Assembly (NCBI GenBank): GCA_000004695.1
Contig: CM000151.3
Coordinates: 4,800,001-4,864,000, forward strand
DNA: 64,000 nucleotides
Reading direction: 5' to 3'
DNA from: Dictyostelium discoideum
Lineage: Eukaryota
Shown here: piece after piece, positions 1-13,751 of the stretch
Numbering within the stretch: the first letter of the stretch is position 1
How the letters are laid out: the number at the start of each line of letters is the position of its first letter
The notes under the pieces: model-generated
Database searches by the model: none
The model's input: the letters and a program-made list of their open reading frames with translations, nothing else
Told to the model about the DNA's origin: nothing
Made by a program: the position numbers and the translations under genes

Positions 1-166
1 GTGCTGGTGCTGGTTTTGCTAATGGTTTTCCAAAACTCATTTTATATGTATATGTAAGTGTATATTTAAAAATTGAATAAAAATAAAAAAATAAAAAACA
101 ATAAAAAACAATAAACAGATATGAAAAATAATCCAACGAAAAAAAAAAAAAAAATAATCAAGTGAT

Positions 167-213
<47 letters not shown>

Positions 214-485
214 ATAAAAAAAACAAAAATATCTTAAAAAAAAATGGTTTAAAATTGGGTTGGAATCATATTATAAGAAAATTATTTTAGTTTAAATAAT
301 AAAATTTTTTTTTTTTTTTTTTTAAAAAAAATTATTTATTTTTAATTTTTTATTTTTATAATTATTTATTTTTAATTAAATTAACAATAACTGACTTATT
401 TTGGCTTACACAAATTTTTATTTTTTATTTTTTTATTTTCCATAAATAACTATTATTATTATTATTATTATAATTATTATAATTA

Positions 486-1171
486 TTATTTTTCTTCAAA
501 ATTATTTTTATTATTATCATTATTTTCAATTAAAATTAAAGATTCTAAAACTGATTTTGAAGATCTTTTTAAAGGATAAAAATAATCAAACATGTTACCT
601 TCATAACGAAACTCTCTACCGATTGGACAAGCATCTCTAATTTTTAATCTAGTTTCAAGGTTGATCCAACCTTCATCTATTGCAATTTGAGTGAAACGTT
701 TCATTTCGTCTTTTTCAAATTGAGTTAATAAATTAGTTGGTGGTAAATTTGGAGAGTCACCTTGGTAGTTGATTTTGATGATAATACAACTTCTAAATAC
801 AAACCATAGACCATAGGTAGGGTGAATACTCCACATTACATCTTTATCATAAGAGGCGACACCTGCGAAATGACCACATGTTTGAATGTGTACGTATTTA
901 CCACTAGATGGTGAATTGAAATCATAACGAATTTCAAATTCATAAGGTTTAATAAATTGGTTATTTTCAACTACTCCTTCAATCGTATCAATTACAAAAC
1001 AATTCATTGGATCTTTTGGAACATTATTAATTCTCTTTATGTATTGTTCAAAATGTGGCCAAAAATTCTTTGTACATCCAATAATTATACCTGTTGAATC
1101 TTCAATTCCAAAATTATTTAATTTATGAATTGCTGCACCATTATAATCATTTACCTTTTTATTATTATTAT

Positions 1172-1227
<56 letters not shown>

Positions 1228-1553
1228 AATTAATTAATTTTGGCATAAAAAAAAAAAATAAAAAAAGGGTTTAAAAAAAAAAATAACAAATTCAATTAAT
1301 AATTAATTCGAATAAATTAATTGATATTTTAATAATTTTTTAATTTTTTTTTTTTTTTACTAAAATAAAATTCAATTAATGATAAAAATAGAAAAAGGAA
1401 ATTTTAAAAAAAAATAAAATAATAATAATTAATCAGAATGGAGTGAAAAAAAAAAAAAAAAAAAAAATCAAATCAATTTACCCTAAATGGTTCAACAATG
1501 TCAAATCCTTTTTCTTTAAAATCTTTCCTTAGTGATTGAATTAATTGTTCCAT
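486..1553 (-). CDS. MMACHC/cblC-like protein (cyanocobalamin decyanase family). Two exons: 1482..1553 and 486..1154; intron 1155..1481.
   Basis: The ORF 486..1007 continues in frame upstream to 1154 (…KVNDYNGAAIHKLNNFGIEDSTGIIIGCTKNFWPHFEQYIKRINNVPKDPMNCF…). An upstream exon encodes MEQLIQSLRKDFKEKGFDIVEPFR and ends at a GTAAAT donor; the acceptor is AAAAAG|GTAAATGAT. Recalled human MMACHC blocks align: N-terminus MEPKVAELK…FEVYPFQVAWYN, and GVCIHPRFGGWFAIRGVV versus WSIHPTYGLWFVFRSCII. The homopolymer-rich intron is 327 nt. Confidence 0.75.
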
Positions 1554-1686
1554 AATTATTATAATTATTATTGGTGAATTGATATTTTGAATGAGGTTGT
1601 TACTAAATTATTATCTCGTTTTTAAAACTACACATTAATGGGTTTTTTTTTTTTTTTTTTAAATTATTAAGGATAGGATTAAAATG

Positions 1687-1727
<41 letters not shown>

Positions 1728-4700
1728 AAATAAAAAAAAAATAAAAAAAATAAAAAAAAATAAAAAAATAAAAAATAAACCGTTTATTCCATTCCCAAAC
1801 CCGCAATTTTCATCACTTTTTTTTTTTTTTTTTTATTTTAAAACTTATTTGTTGAAATTGTTTATGTTTTGATTTATTTTTTTATTATTATTATTTTTTA
1901 TTTTTTTATAAATCTGGAAATTAGAAAAAGATTTATCCAAATTCTCACAGATACATAAAATCCATCAAATATCAATCTATTTTAAAAATGGTGAACCATT
2001 AATGTAAAATAAACTTTTTTTTTTTATTTTTTTTTTTTAAAAAAAAAAAAAAAAATGAAAAAAAATAAAAAAATAAAAAAATAAATAAATTGTAAAAGTA
2101 CCCATTACACGAAAAAGAATTATTTTAAAATAGTGCTCATTATTGTTGTTTTTGTTAGTTTTTAAGCACTAATAAATCCCTTTTTTTTTTTTTTTTTTTT
2201 TTTTTCTTCACACCCATTTACACATCTAGCACCAACCAAAAACCAATATTTGTAGATATACCATTAAAAATATAAAATGGGGAAAGATTGAGCTGATATC
2301 TCGCTCCAAGTTAATTCATTTTAAGAGACTTTACATATCGAATATTTTTAATTTATGATTAATTAAAAATTTTAAAATAAATAAAATAAAATAATTATTA
2401 AAAAAAAAAGATTGTAATGATTTCAAACATAAAAAAAAAATAACCCACACCAAACCAATCAAAGAATTCATGGATAGAATCTTTTTTTTTTTTTTTTTTA
2501 AATTTTATTAATTTGGTTGAATTGTTTTCCTTTTTATTTTTTTTATTAATTTAAATTATTTTTTTTACTTTATTAAAATAAAAAAAGAAAAAAAAAAAAA
2601 AAAAAATAGTGTGGACCTTTCCATTAAAATAATAACCATCAATTTTTTTTTTAAAGAAGAAAAAAAAAAAAAAAAAAAAAAAAAAGAAAAAAAAATCAAA
2701 ATAATCCCCCACTCCCCTGCCCATTACATTTTTTATAATCATTTTTTTTTTTTTTTTTAAATTTAATTCCAAAACAAAAATTAAAAAATTTTATAATAAA
2801 TCTTTATAATCCCTCTTATTGCTGAGACTAATGTAAGATATACAATTTTTTTTTTTTAAAAAATATTTTTTTTTTTTTTTTTTTTTTTTTTTACCTAAAT
2901 GGTTTGAATTTTTATGCAAAATTCCAAAATCTAAATCACAAAATAGCTGCACCGCAATCAGATAAAAAAAAAAAAATAAAAAAAAAAAAAAAAAATAAAA
3001 TAAAAACCCAATTTTGTTGAAACAAGTTTTAATTGATCATACTTTTTTTAGAAAAAAAAAAAAAAAGAAAAAATTAAAAATAAATAAAATCGGAAAGGAA
3101 AAAAAAATAAAAAAAAAAAACCTATAAAAAAAGAAAAAAAAGTTGGTTCCATTCAATACATATATGTATATTGACTCTATTTTTTCCTTTTTTTTCTTTT
3201 TCCCTTTTTTTTTTTCATTTATTTTTATTTGTTATTTCTTTAGTTAGAAACCTCAATTCAAACAAACCATTTTATGTAAATATTATTTCCTTAAAAATTT
3301 TTTTTTTTTTTTTTTTGAAACATTTTATTATTTTAAAAATTTGAATAGAATTATAATAATTATATTAATAATAATAATAATAATAGTAATAATAAAAGTA
3401 TTATAATAACTCTCTTCTCTCTCATTGTAATAAAATTATTATAAAATTAATAAAACAAATTACTATCCCCCTCTTAAACTGTTTATATTATTACTATTAT
3501 TATTATTTTTATTAATTTTTTAAAATTAAATATAATATTAGTTTAATAATTTTTTTTTTTTTTTTATTTTTTTTTTTTATTTATTATTTTAATTTTTTTT
3601 TTTTTTTTTTCTTTATTAATTTAATTTTTTTTTTTTTCCTCTTATTATTTTTTTTTAAATATTCTATTTTTAATTATTTATTTTTATTATTATTATTATT
3701 TTTATTATTATTATTTTTTTTTTTAATAATTAAAATTAATTTTTTTTAATTGGAATATCAAGTCAATTGTTTGATTTGTACTTTCTTCTTTTTCACACCA
3801 CTTATCAACTGATTTTAACTTAAATTATATTCATTGTTCTTATTTGGCAATAATTTTTTTTTTTTTTTTTGTTTTAGATTTGGAAAAACACACACTCTCA
3901 CTTAATAAATCAATAATTAACCCACAACCACATTGCCACCAACCACAAATACCTCACCAACCCACAAAAAAATACAATACCACTAAAAACCAATTATAAA
4001 GCCTTGTATTATTATTATAATTTTTTATTATAAATTTTCTTAATAATTATTATTATTTTAAATTTTATTTTTTTATTTTTTTTATTTTTTTTTTTAAAAA
4101 AATAAATACTAATCAAACATTTCACACCCCCTACATTTTCTTAATATTTTAATCAAAAAAAAAAAAACAACTACAAAATTATTTATAAATATAGGGTTTA
4201 ACCTTTGGTAAGTTTTATCTATATTAAACCAAATTCTATCTATCTGTTTTTTTATTTTTTTTTTATTTTTTTTTTTTTTTATTTTTTATTTTTTTTTTGT
4301 TTGGTGACCCTTGATTATTGTGTAAAATACATTAATTTTGAGGCATAGTGTTTTTTGTGCTTTCTATCTTTATTGTAGGTTGTTGTTTGTTGAACAACAC
4401 TACCATCATTAAATAAAGATATTTTTCATGATTTAAAAAAAAAAAAAAAAAAAATTCAAAAATAAAAAAAAAATGTGATTTCGGTGAAATAAACCACAAT
4501 TCAACACTTTTACAAATTTAAAAGCACTCAATTTATTTTATTTTATTATTATTATTATTATTTTTTTTTTTTTTTAATCATATTCAATATTCAATATTGA
4601 TTTTAAAAAAAAATCATTAATTGTGGAAATAAAAACTAATAATAAAAAAAAAAAAAAAAAAAATAAAAAAAAAAAAAAAAAAAAAAAAGTTTTAATAATC

Positions 4701-5093
4701 AAAAAAAAAAAAAAAAAAACCACACAGGACACACACAAACTATAAATATTTATTATAAAACTTTCAAATTCTTGTCATCAAAAAAAAAAAAAAAAAACAA
4801 AATTTAAAAAAAAAAAAAAAAATTAAATTTAAACACCATTTATGATCAATGTCTAAATAGTATTTTTAAAAATAAAAATAAAAAATAAAAATTAAAAAAA
4901 AAAAATCAAAAAAAAAAAAAAAACAATTTAATATAAATAATAAATTGTTTGAATAAATTAAATAAATTTGGCAATAACATAAATATATACATATTTAATA
5001 AAATTAATTAATTACCCAACACCACAAAAAACAAACACTAAAAAAAACACAGACACAACTTGTACATCTTTTAATTAGAATAGGGAGGAAAAT

Positions 5094-5125
<32 letters not shown>

Positions 5126-5539
5126 TAAAAATAATAAAAATAATAAAAATAAAAATAATAACAAAAAAATAAGAATAAGGAAATAAAAAAAAAAAAAAAA
5201 AAAAAAAAGTATATTTATATTATACATTCTTTCATTCGTTTATTCAGACTTTTATTTTATTATTTTTTTAAAATTATTTATTTTTTTCATTTCTATTTTT
5301 TTATAAATTATTATTAGTATTTAATATTAATATTATTTTTTTATTTTATTTATTTAATAATTTATTTTTTTATTTATTATTATTTTTTTTTTTTAAATCT
5401 CCTTCCCCCTTTTTTTTTTTTCTTTCAAAAATAACTTTTTACGCATTACTTAAACTATTTATTTATTTATTTGTACATAATACAAATAAAATAATAATAA
5501 TAATAATAATAACAACAACTAATTTTTTTAAAAAATAAT

Positions 5540-5579
<40 letters not shown>

Positions 5580-5682
5580 TACAAACAACCAAAAGTAGCA
5601 ATAACAAATTTCACAACAAGCAAAAACAATAATAAAATAAACATCAAAAACAAGAAAAAAAATATTTATATATATATAAAAA

Positions 5683-5978
5683 ATGATTGTCGAAGTTGAA
5701 TTAGGATTTTTATTATCAACATTATTTTTTACAATTATTTCAATTATTTTATTTTATTTTTTTATTAATAATAAAAATAATTTAATTGATCAATGCCAAG
5801 AAGTAACAAAATTAAATAATAAAGATAATAAAATTGTAAATAATAATAATAATAATTATAATAATAATAATTTTAATAAAATTGAAGAAATTAATGATGA
5901 TAAAAATAAAGAAATTATAAAATTAATTAATAATAGTAATAATAAAAATTTAAAAATTAAAATCCAAGAAATAGATAG

Positions 5979-6030
<52 letters not shown>

Positions 6031-8419
6031 TTAAATAAAAATAGTAATGAAATTTTTAGAAATTTTAAAATATTTAGTGGTTCACTTTTAGTTATTGATC
6101 AAGATTTAAATATTATATCATCATCCGAGAGTGTTAGAGATATTTTCTCAAATATTAATGATATTAATGGTGTGAATCAACAAGTAATTGGTAGTTTACA
6201 AAATTATAGTTTCATAAATTTAGTTCATCAAAAAGATAAAGATAGAGTTTCAACATTTTTAAAATTAAAATTTAAAAATAATAATAATATTAAACATCAA
6301 CAATTTTCTGAAGATATTATTAATGAAAAAGATGAATTAAAAGAAATTCAAATTGAAGATAATAAAGAATTAATTATTATCAATAATAATAATAATAATA
6401 ATAATGATAATGTATTAAAATTTGGAAATAATAATAGTAATAATAGTAGTATTATATTATTTCAAGGAGTTTATCATTTAAATAATACAGATTTATCAAA
6501 ACCATTTAATTTACAAGTTTCAATTTTACCATTTATTTCTGAAAATTATATTGTATTATCATTAAAAGATTTATCACCACCACCATTAAGATTACTTTTA
6601 AATAAAACTTCTTCTGCATTATCACCAAGATCATTATCATCATCTTCATCTTCATCACCATCATCATCGAATAATAATGGTAATACAAACAATAGTGGAT
6701 CATTATCACCAAGATCTTCAAATTCAAATGGTAGTGCAGTTTCACCAAGAAATGTTTCAAGTAATTCAATGTCACCAAGAGGTCAAAATAGTGATCGTAG
6801 TATTTCATCACCAAGAGGTTCATCATCGTCGTCGTCATCATCATCAAATGAATTAGCAATTTCACCTAGAAATAGTAATGGTACAATTTCATCACCAAGA
6901 ACATCAAATCTTTCAATTGAAAGTGTATTAAATAATAAATCAATTGATATGATTTCACATTTATCACATGAACTTAGAACACCAATTCATTCAGTTATTG
7001 CATCTATTCAATTGTTTAGATCAACCATTTTAACAGTTACTCAAAATGAATATTTATCAATTATAGATACATCAGCCAATACATTATTGGAATTGGTATC
7101 CAATGTATTAGATTATAAAAGAATTAGATCAGGAAAGTTAACATTGAATAATGTTGATTTTAATCTTTGTCATGTGATTGAAGATGTTTGTGCAATGGTA
7201 AGTCCACAAGCTCAAGCAAAATCATTACAAATCGCCTCATTTATCTTTATTCATTGTCCATTGAGTTTCTATGGTGATCCAATTAGATTAAGACAAGTTT
7301 TATTGAATTTAATTGGCAATGGTTTAAAGTACACTAATAAAGGTCAAGTTTGTATCTCTGTTGAGCCTGAACAAGTAAATGAACATTGTATGTATTTACA
7401 TTTCCAAGTTAAAGATAGTGGTATCGGTATAAAGGAGGAGAATATGTCAAAATTATTCGCTGGCTTCTCTCAAGTTAATAATGGTGGTACCACACAAGAG
7501 GCATTGGGAAGTGGTTTGGGTTTGGCAATATCCAAGGATTTAGTAGAGTTAATGGGTGGTAAAATTTGGTGTTCTTCAAATGCCACTCAAAATAATGGTG
7601 AAGCTGGTTGTACATTCCATTTCGTTATACCATTGGAAACCAATCCAAAACAATTACCATGTCCAATTCAAAATTTCAATGGTTTATCAGTATTGGTTGT
7701 CGATAAAAATCCATATATTCAAACTGTACTTTGTCAATATTTAGAGGGTTGGAATTGTCAAGTCATTAAAAGTTCCGATATAAAAGAGGCATCAAATAAA
7801 TTAAAAGATCTAAGAAGAGAACAAATTGAAGTGGTTATGATTGATATCGATAATATCGATTTCCGTGATTTCATTCAATTTAAAGATGCTTTTAATCGTT
7901 TGGAATTCGGTAGAATCGGTTTAATTACAATGTCAAGTGATAGATCAATGGTAAATGAAATGGGTTTTGGCACTTCAAAATTAACAAAACCATTCCGTCA
8001 ATCTCATTTAGTAGCTTGTCTATTAGCTAGTATGCCTGAACATTCTTCATCAACTACAAATTGTTTTTCAAATATTGTTGGTATGAATAGTAATATTAAT
8101 AATAATAATAATATTAATAATAATAGTAATAATAATAACAATAATATGCAAACTCATAATAGTAATAGTGTTTATGGTAATGGTAATTATGGTAATTGTA
8201 CTCCATTCTCAAATAACAACAATAGAATTCATATGATGAGTTCAGGTGATAAACCAAGTATTAATAATAGAAGAATGTCAATCTCATTGGGTAAAATTCC
8301 AACTTTTAATTCTGGTGGTTCAAATTCACCAAGAAGTAAAAAATTATTTGAGGAAGTTTTACAACAACAACAACTTCAACAACAACTTCAACAACAACTT
8401 CAACAACAACAACAACTTC

Positions 8420-8470
<51 letters not shown>

Positions 8471-9360
8471 TACAACAACAACAACAACAATTAAATACAA
8501 TTGATGATGATTCAAATAATTATTGTAATACAACAGGTACTATGGATAGTATTGATGAAATTAATAAAAATAATTATAGTGATAGTGAAAGTGATGAATT
8601 AAATGATGATCAAGCACCAATTATAGCACCAGTTCAACAATTATCATTTGGTCGTGTTACTAGAAGACATTCTATTGATATTATTATGTTTGAAAATTCT
8701 AGAGAATTATCAGAATTAAGAAATCTTGAAGATTCAACTAGATATTTGTCACCACGTTCAATGAATAATAATAATGGTAATAATGATAATGGTATCAATG
8801 GTGGTAGTGGAAACTCATTATTTGGATCATCAATTAAAGAAGAGATTGGTGGTACTTCTGATACAAGTTCATTAGCACAATCACCAAATTCATTATCACC
8901 AAGAGCCCCAACAAAGATTATGATATTAGATGATAATCCAGTTAGCTTAAAATTAATGCAACGTATCTTGGAAAGTCGTGGATTCGAATGTTATCCATTC
9001 GATTGCTCAGAGAAAGCCGTTGCTCAATTGGATCAAGTTAATCCTGCCATCATTTTCATGGATTGTGAAATGCCAAAAATGAATGGTTTCGAATGTACTC
9101 AATTAATAAGAAAGAGGGAACAAGAATCACTTTGTCTATTAAAAGATCGTAAGATTATTATTGCTTTGACTGCTCATATTAATCCTGAAATTCAAGTTAA
9201 ATGTTTCGATGCTGGTATGAATGATTTCATCTCAAAACCATTCAAACCACAATGCTTAGAATTAATCCTTAGAAAATGGGAAGATTGTATAAGTAATAAT
9301 CAATTAAATTATAACAATAGTTTAATTAATAATCAAACTACAATTCAAGAGCAAGTTTAA
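5683..9360 (+). CDS. Hybrid sensor histidine kinase (Dictyostelium Dhk family), 1225 aa, single exon.
   Basis: H-box HLSHELRTPIHSV, N-box NLIGNGLKYT, G1 VKDSGIGI, G2 GSGLGLAISKDLVELMGGKIW. The C-terminal receiver domain is IMILDDNPVSLKLMQRIL…IIFMDCEMPKMNGFE…KPF. The N-terminus has a hydrophobic anchor FLLSTLFFTIISIILFYFFI. A degenerate receiver-like segment (LSVLVVDKNPY…VVMIDIDN) sits between the kinase core and the true receiver. Long poly-N, poly-S and poly-Q tracts are present. Which Dhk paralog this is cannot be decided from sequence alone. Confidence 0.9.

Positions 9361-9429
<69 letters not shown>
9361..9429. repeat. (TAA)n microsatellite immediately after the histidine-kinase stop codon
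   Basis: About 23 perfect TAA units. Confidence 0.95.
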
Positions 9430-9625
9430 GACTCATAGTGTATTTTTAATTTTATAAAAAAAAAAAAAAAAAAAATTTGTAAATAATGGTAATAATAATA
9501 AAAAAAAAAATTAATATGTTTGTTCGAAATTTTTAATTAAACAAATAAACAAAAAATAATATTGTAAATAAATAAAAAATAACAATTAAAATTATTTTAA
9601 TTTTCTTTAAATATATTTTTTTATA

Positions 9626-9666
<41 letters not shown>

Positions 9667-9754
9667 TTCAAAAATACGATATATGTTAAAATATTTATCT
9701 TTTTTAATTTTAATTTTTTTTTTTTTATTTTTATTTTTTTTTTATTTGATTTTT

Positions 9755-10120
9755 TTAATTAATAACATCAATAATATTAAATATTGCTGGTTGTTCACTT
9801 TTATTAATATATCCAAAATTAAAATATGTACCATTCTTTAGACCCCCATTTTGACTAATATATTTTGGAAATGAAAATTTATTTGATGAGATTTGTTCTA
9901 CAGACCATACATTTTCCAATTCTAAATTTGATACACCAACAATGGTTGCCCCAAACACTATGGCTTTTCCAGTATTTCTTACCCTTACATCCCAGACTGA
10001 GAATGGTTGACCATTATGATTCCAAGAACTTGTTAGTGCTTGTGATATGGTTAATTGTTGACTAATTACTAATGAAAAAAGGGCAAAGAAAAATAAAATT
10101 AAGAATAATTTTTTGGACAT
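9755..10120 (-). CDS. Small secreted CBM49-type carbohydrate-binding protein
   Basis: Signal peptide MSKKLFLILFFFALFSLVISQ. Then SWNHNGQPFSVWDVRVRNTGKAIVFG…NVWSV…GGLKNGTYFNFGYINKSEQPAIFNII fits the CBM49 consensus pattern (W..G..Y..v.vtNtg…iW…G.….fGyi). Single exon. Confidence 0.6.
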   Translation of the reverse strand: MSKKLFLILFFFALFSLVISQQLTISQALTSSWNHNGQPFSVWDVRVRNTGKAIVFGATIVGVSNLELENVWSVEQISSNKFSFPKYISQNGGLKNGTYFNFGYINKSEQPAIFNIIDVIN

Positions 10121-10228
10121 TGCTTTTTTTTTTTTTTTTTTATATAATTTTATTTTTTTAATAAACTTTTCTTTTTATTTCTAAATTGTTTGTTTGATTA
10201 ATAAAAATAAAAAAAAAATTGTTTAAAT

Positions 10229-10267
<39 letters not shown>

Positions 10268-10740
10268 CCAACTAAATTTATTTGGTTTTTTTTTTTTAAA
10301 ATAATTATTTTACTATAATAAGTAAACCACATAATTTAGGTAAAAAAACACACACCTCAAAATGGATTTTGTTTGTAATTTTAAATTAAAAATAAAAGAA
10401 TTAAAAAAATCATTTTTTAAAATCAACAAAAAACTTTTTTTGTTTTTTCAAACACACCACCAAAAAACAATTTTTTTTTCATTATGATGTTACCTATATT
10501 TTATAAAAATTAATAATTAAAATGAAAAAATATGGGAATTGTTTGGAAAAAACTTTTTTTAAAAAAAAAAACAATTCGGTTAATAATTATTTATTAATTT
10601 TTTTAAATTGTTTAATTGTTAATTTTAAAATTAAATCAAGTGATTGAAAATGGGGGGTACTGAATTCATTTTTTTTTTTTTTCCATTTCTATTTCATTTT
10701 CCTTTTTTTTTTTTTTATTTTTTTATTTTTTTTTTTTTTT

Positions 10741-12557
10741 CTAATTACCAAAATAAAAATTTGAAAAAATAACTAAAACTATTAAAATTGATAAAGTGAT
10801 TAAACAAATTTGTGCAATAATTTTTGAGTATCTTCTTGGAATTAATGATAAACTTTTAAAGTGATTAGTTGTAATATTAGTATTTTCTTCAGTATCTCTT
10901 GTTTCAAGTGAAAGTTCTTTTAATATCTTTTCTTGTTCTGGTGTAAAAAAACTTTCATAATTTTCACCATTTGTAAAACCTTCTTCAATATTATTTAATT
11001 CTATTTGATTTGATTCTAGTCCTTCTTTTCCTTGTTTTTGTTTATTATTTATTTTATTTTCAAATTTTTGTTGTTTATTATAATTATTTAATTTATTTTT
11101 AAAGTTTAAAGATTTTATATAAAGAATAAATGGTATAATGAAATTTGCAATTGAACCAAAGAATAAAGAAGAATAATTTGAAATTATATTTAACCAATCA
11201 CCAGTTTGAAATGGAATTACAATTAACCAAGGTAAAACTATTGAAATTAAATTTGCAATCCAAGTTGGAAAGAATTTATTTTGAGTTAAATTATATCGTA
11301 CAATGATTGAAAAAACTGGTATTGTACTTGCCAATACAATAAAAGGGAATAAATAAACTGATAATTTTGAAAATATATTTGCTTTTTTAGATAAATTAAT
11401 TAAACTAAGAATGGTGGAATTTGGAGACATTGAAGAGAAAGTTAATGCACCAAATACACCAACAATAATGAATAATACCGTTGAAAAACTTGTTGAAATC
11501 CAAACTGATCTTTTTAAATTAACATTTGGTTTAGACTCATTTACCCATGATGGTATAGTTGTAATGAATGCATAATTAAACATACAATTACCAATGATTT
11601 GTGATATACCACTCATATGGTTACCAATAGTTGGTAAATTATCAGTTGATAATCCAATCAAAATGAAAATAACAACCCAACTAATTACAATTACCAACAT
11701 AATGATAACACATGCAATTTGTATGATTATATTATCATTTAAATTAAAGAATGCCAATGGTACAACCAGAACTAGTATAGCTAAATAACCAATTGTTATA
11801 AACATATAATCATCTTGAAATGGTGATCCACCATCACCACTATTCTCAATTACACATATCCACCCATTGGAAAAAGAGATCCCACATGTTTTTTTGAAAA
11901 TAAATACCATTAAACTATCGAAAACTTGTGAACATATGATAATACTTGCAATATTTGTAATGATTAAACTTATATTTATAAATAATTGTGATACTAAATA
12001 CATTGATTTACCAAAATAAAATCTACATATCATTGTAAACTCTATACGTAATGCAAATTTATTATTTCCTGGAATCATTGACATTGATTCTATTATAAAT
12101 AATGCCGATATTCCACTTAAACCTAACATTAAAATATATCCTAATAATGATAAAAACCATCCACCTTGTTGAAATTGATAACTAATATTAACCATTCCTG
12201 GTCCTGTACAATTACCAATTAATAAACATATTCCACCAATTGTTCCACTTTTTTTTTAATTTTTTTTTTAAAACAAATTAATTTTTTTTTTTTTTATATA
12301 ATTTATTAAAATTAATAATAATATATTTATATATATTAATTATATACATACATTGATTTTAAACCAAATTTTTTTTTAAAATCTTCATCTTTTTGTGGGT
12401 TTGGAAAATTCTCTAAAATTTCTTCAGTTGATGATATTGAAGAAGATGAAGTATTTGCTGTATCGTTTGTTGAAATTATTGTTGTTCCACCAGAAGTTTT
12501 TGTTGGATTGGGAAATGAAATTAATTCAACATTTTCATTTGTATTTAAATCACTCAT
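10741..12557 (-). CDS. Transmembrane amino-acid transporter (Aa_trans/SLC36-38-like). Exons 12352..12557 and 10741..12247; intron 12248..12351 (104 nt).
   Basis: The large ORF is multi-TM (about 10 hydrophobic segments). It continues in frame upstream of its annotated Met through KSIGTIGGICLLIGNCTGPGMVNIS…, the Aa_trans N-terminal G-rich motif. The upstream exon (MSDLNTNENVELISFP…KKKFGLKS) ends at a GTATGT donor in phase 2 and joins at AAAAAG|TGGAAC, restoring the frame. Confidence 0.75.
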
Positions 12558-12751
12558 AATACAAATTATTCTTTTTTTTTTTTGATTTTTTTTTGATTTT
12601 TAAAAAAAATAATAATAAAAATAATAATAATAATAAAAATAATAATAATAATAAAAAAAATAATAATAATTTTTTAATAAATAACAATAACAATAAATAA
12701 AAAATAAAAAAATAATTTTAATATTAAAAAATAAAAATTAACAATATTTTT

Positions 12752-12786
<35 letters not shown>

Positions 12787-13639
12787 TGTTATTGTTTAAT
12801 TGCAGTTTTAAATTGTTTTTTTTTTTTTCAATCGCTAATTAAAAAAATGATAGTGGGGAAAAAAAGGGATAAATGGGGTATGAAAGTTGGAAAAATGATG
12901 ATTTTATTGTAATTATTAATATTTTTTTATTTTTTTTTTTGTGTGTGTGTTTTTTTTTTTATTTTTTAATTTTTTTGTTTTTATTTTTAAAACAATATTA
13001 TAAACAACCCAAACCAAATGTGGATCATATTTAAATAATTAAGATTCGTTAGTGATGACTCACACTAAAAAAAAATTAATAGAAAAAAAAAAAAAAAAAA
13101 AAAGAAAAAAAAAGAACAAAAAAAATAAAAAAAAAATAAAAAGACAAAACAAAAATTGATTTTAAGAAATTCAGAAATTCAGAAAAAAGAAAAAAAAAAC
13201 ATTGGTAAAAATTAAAAAGACAAAACAAAAATTGATTTTAAGAAATTCAGAGAAAAAAAAGTAAATGATGATGTTGGAGTACATTTTACACAAAGCACCA
13301 TTTTAATATTATTATTATTATTAATTGATTGTTGTTAAGTTGGTTTAATTCTGATGCATTAATTTAAGTTGAGAGTGGATTAAGTTTTGGTTCAGTTGAA
13401 ATGGGTAATTAATATTTTTTGAAAAAAAAAATATTAATAAGAAAGGATCATTTTCATTTAAATTTTAAAAAACAGAAAAAAAAATTTCAGATTATAATAA
13501 TTTAATATAAATTAGTTAATTAATTGTAAAAAAAAAAAAAATTAAAAAAAATTATAAAAAGTACTTTTTTTTATCTTTGGTAATTATTATTATTTGAATT
13601 TATTTATTAAAAACATAAATAAAAAATTCTAATGTGTGT

Positions 13640-13691
<52 letters not shown>

Positions 13692-13751
13692 GATTAAATC
13701 AAGATTTTAAATTTTTAATCTGGTTTATTTTTTTTATTGAAATTTTATTTA

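Noticed and set aside
1-90. Possible 3' end of an upstream + strand gene (…AGAGFANGFPKLILYV, then GTAAGT or a stop)
   Set aside because: It is too short and is truncated by the window edge, so neither frame nor product can be established.
1603-1872. ORFs 1603..1806 (-) and 1684..1872 (+) encoding poly-F / poly-K peptides
   Set aside because: They are translations of A/T homopolymer runs in intergenic DNA. They have no codon structure and occur on both strands.
2551-2772. ORF 2551..2772 (-), poly-F/K
   Set aside because: Same homopolymer artifact.
6533-6865. Antisense ORF inside the histidine-kinase gene
   Set aside because: It lies opposite a strongly supported CDS and its composition is driven by the Ser/Asn-rich sense strand.
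12336-12557. ORF 12336..12557 treated as a stand-alone 73-aa protein
   Set aside because: It is better explained as exon 1 of the amino-acid transporter. A GTATGT donor and an in-phase acceptor join it to the conserved N-terminal motif of the transporter.
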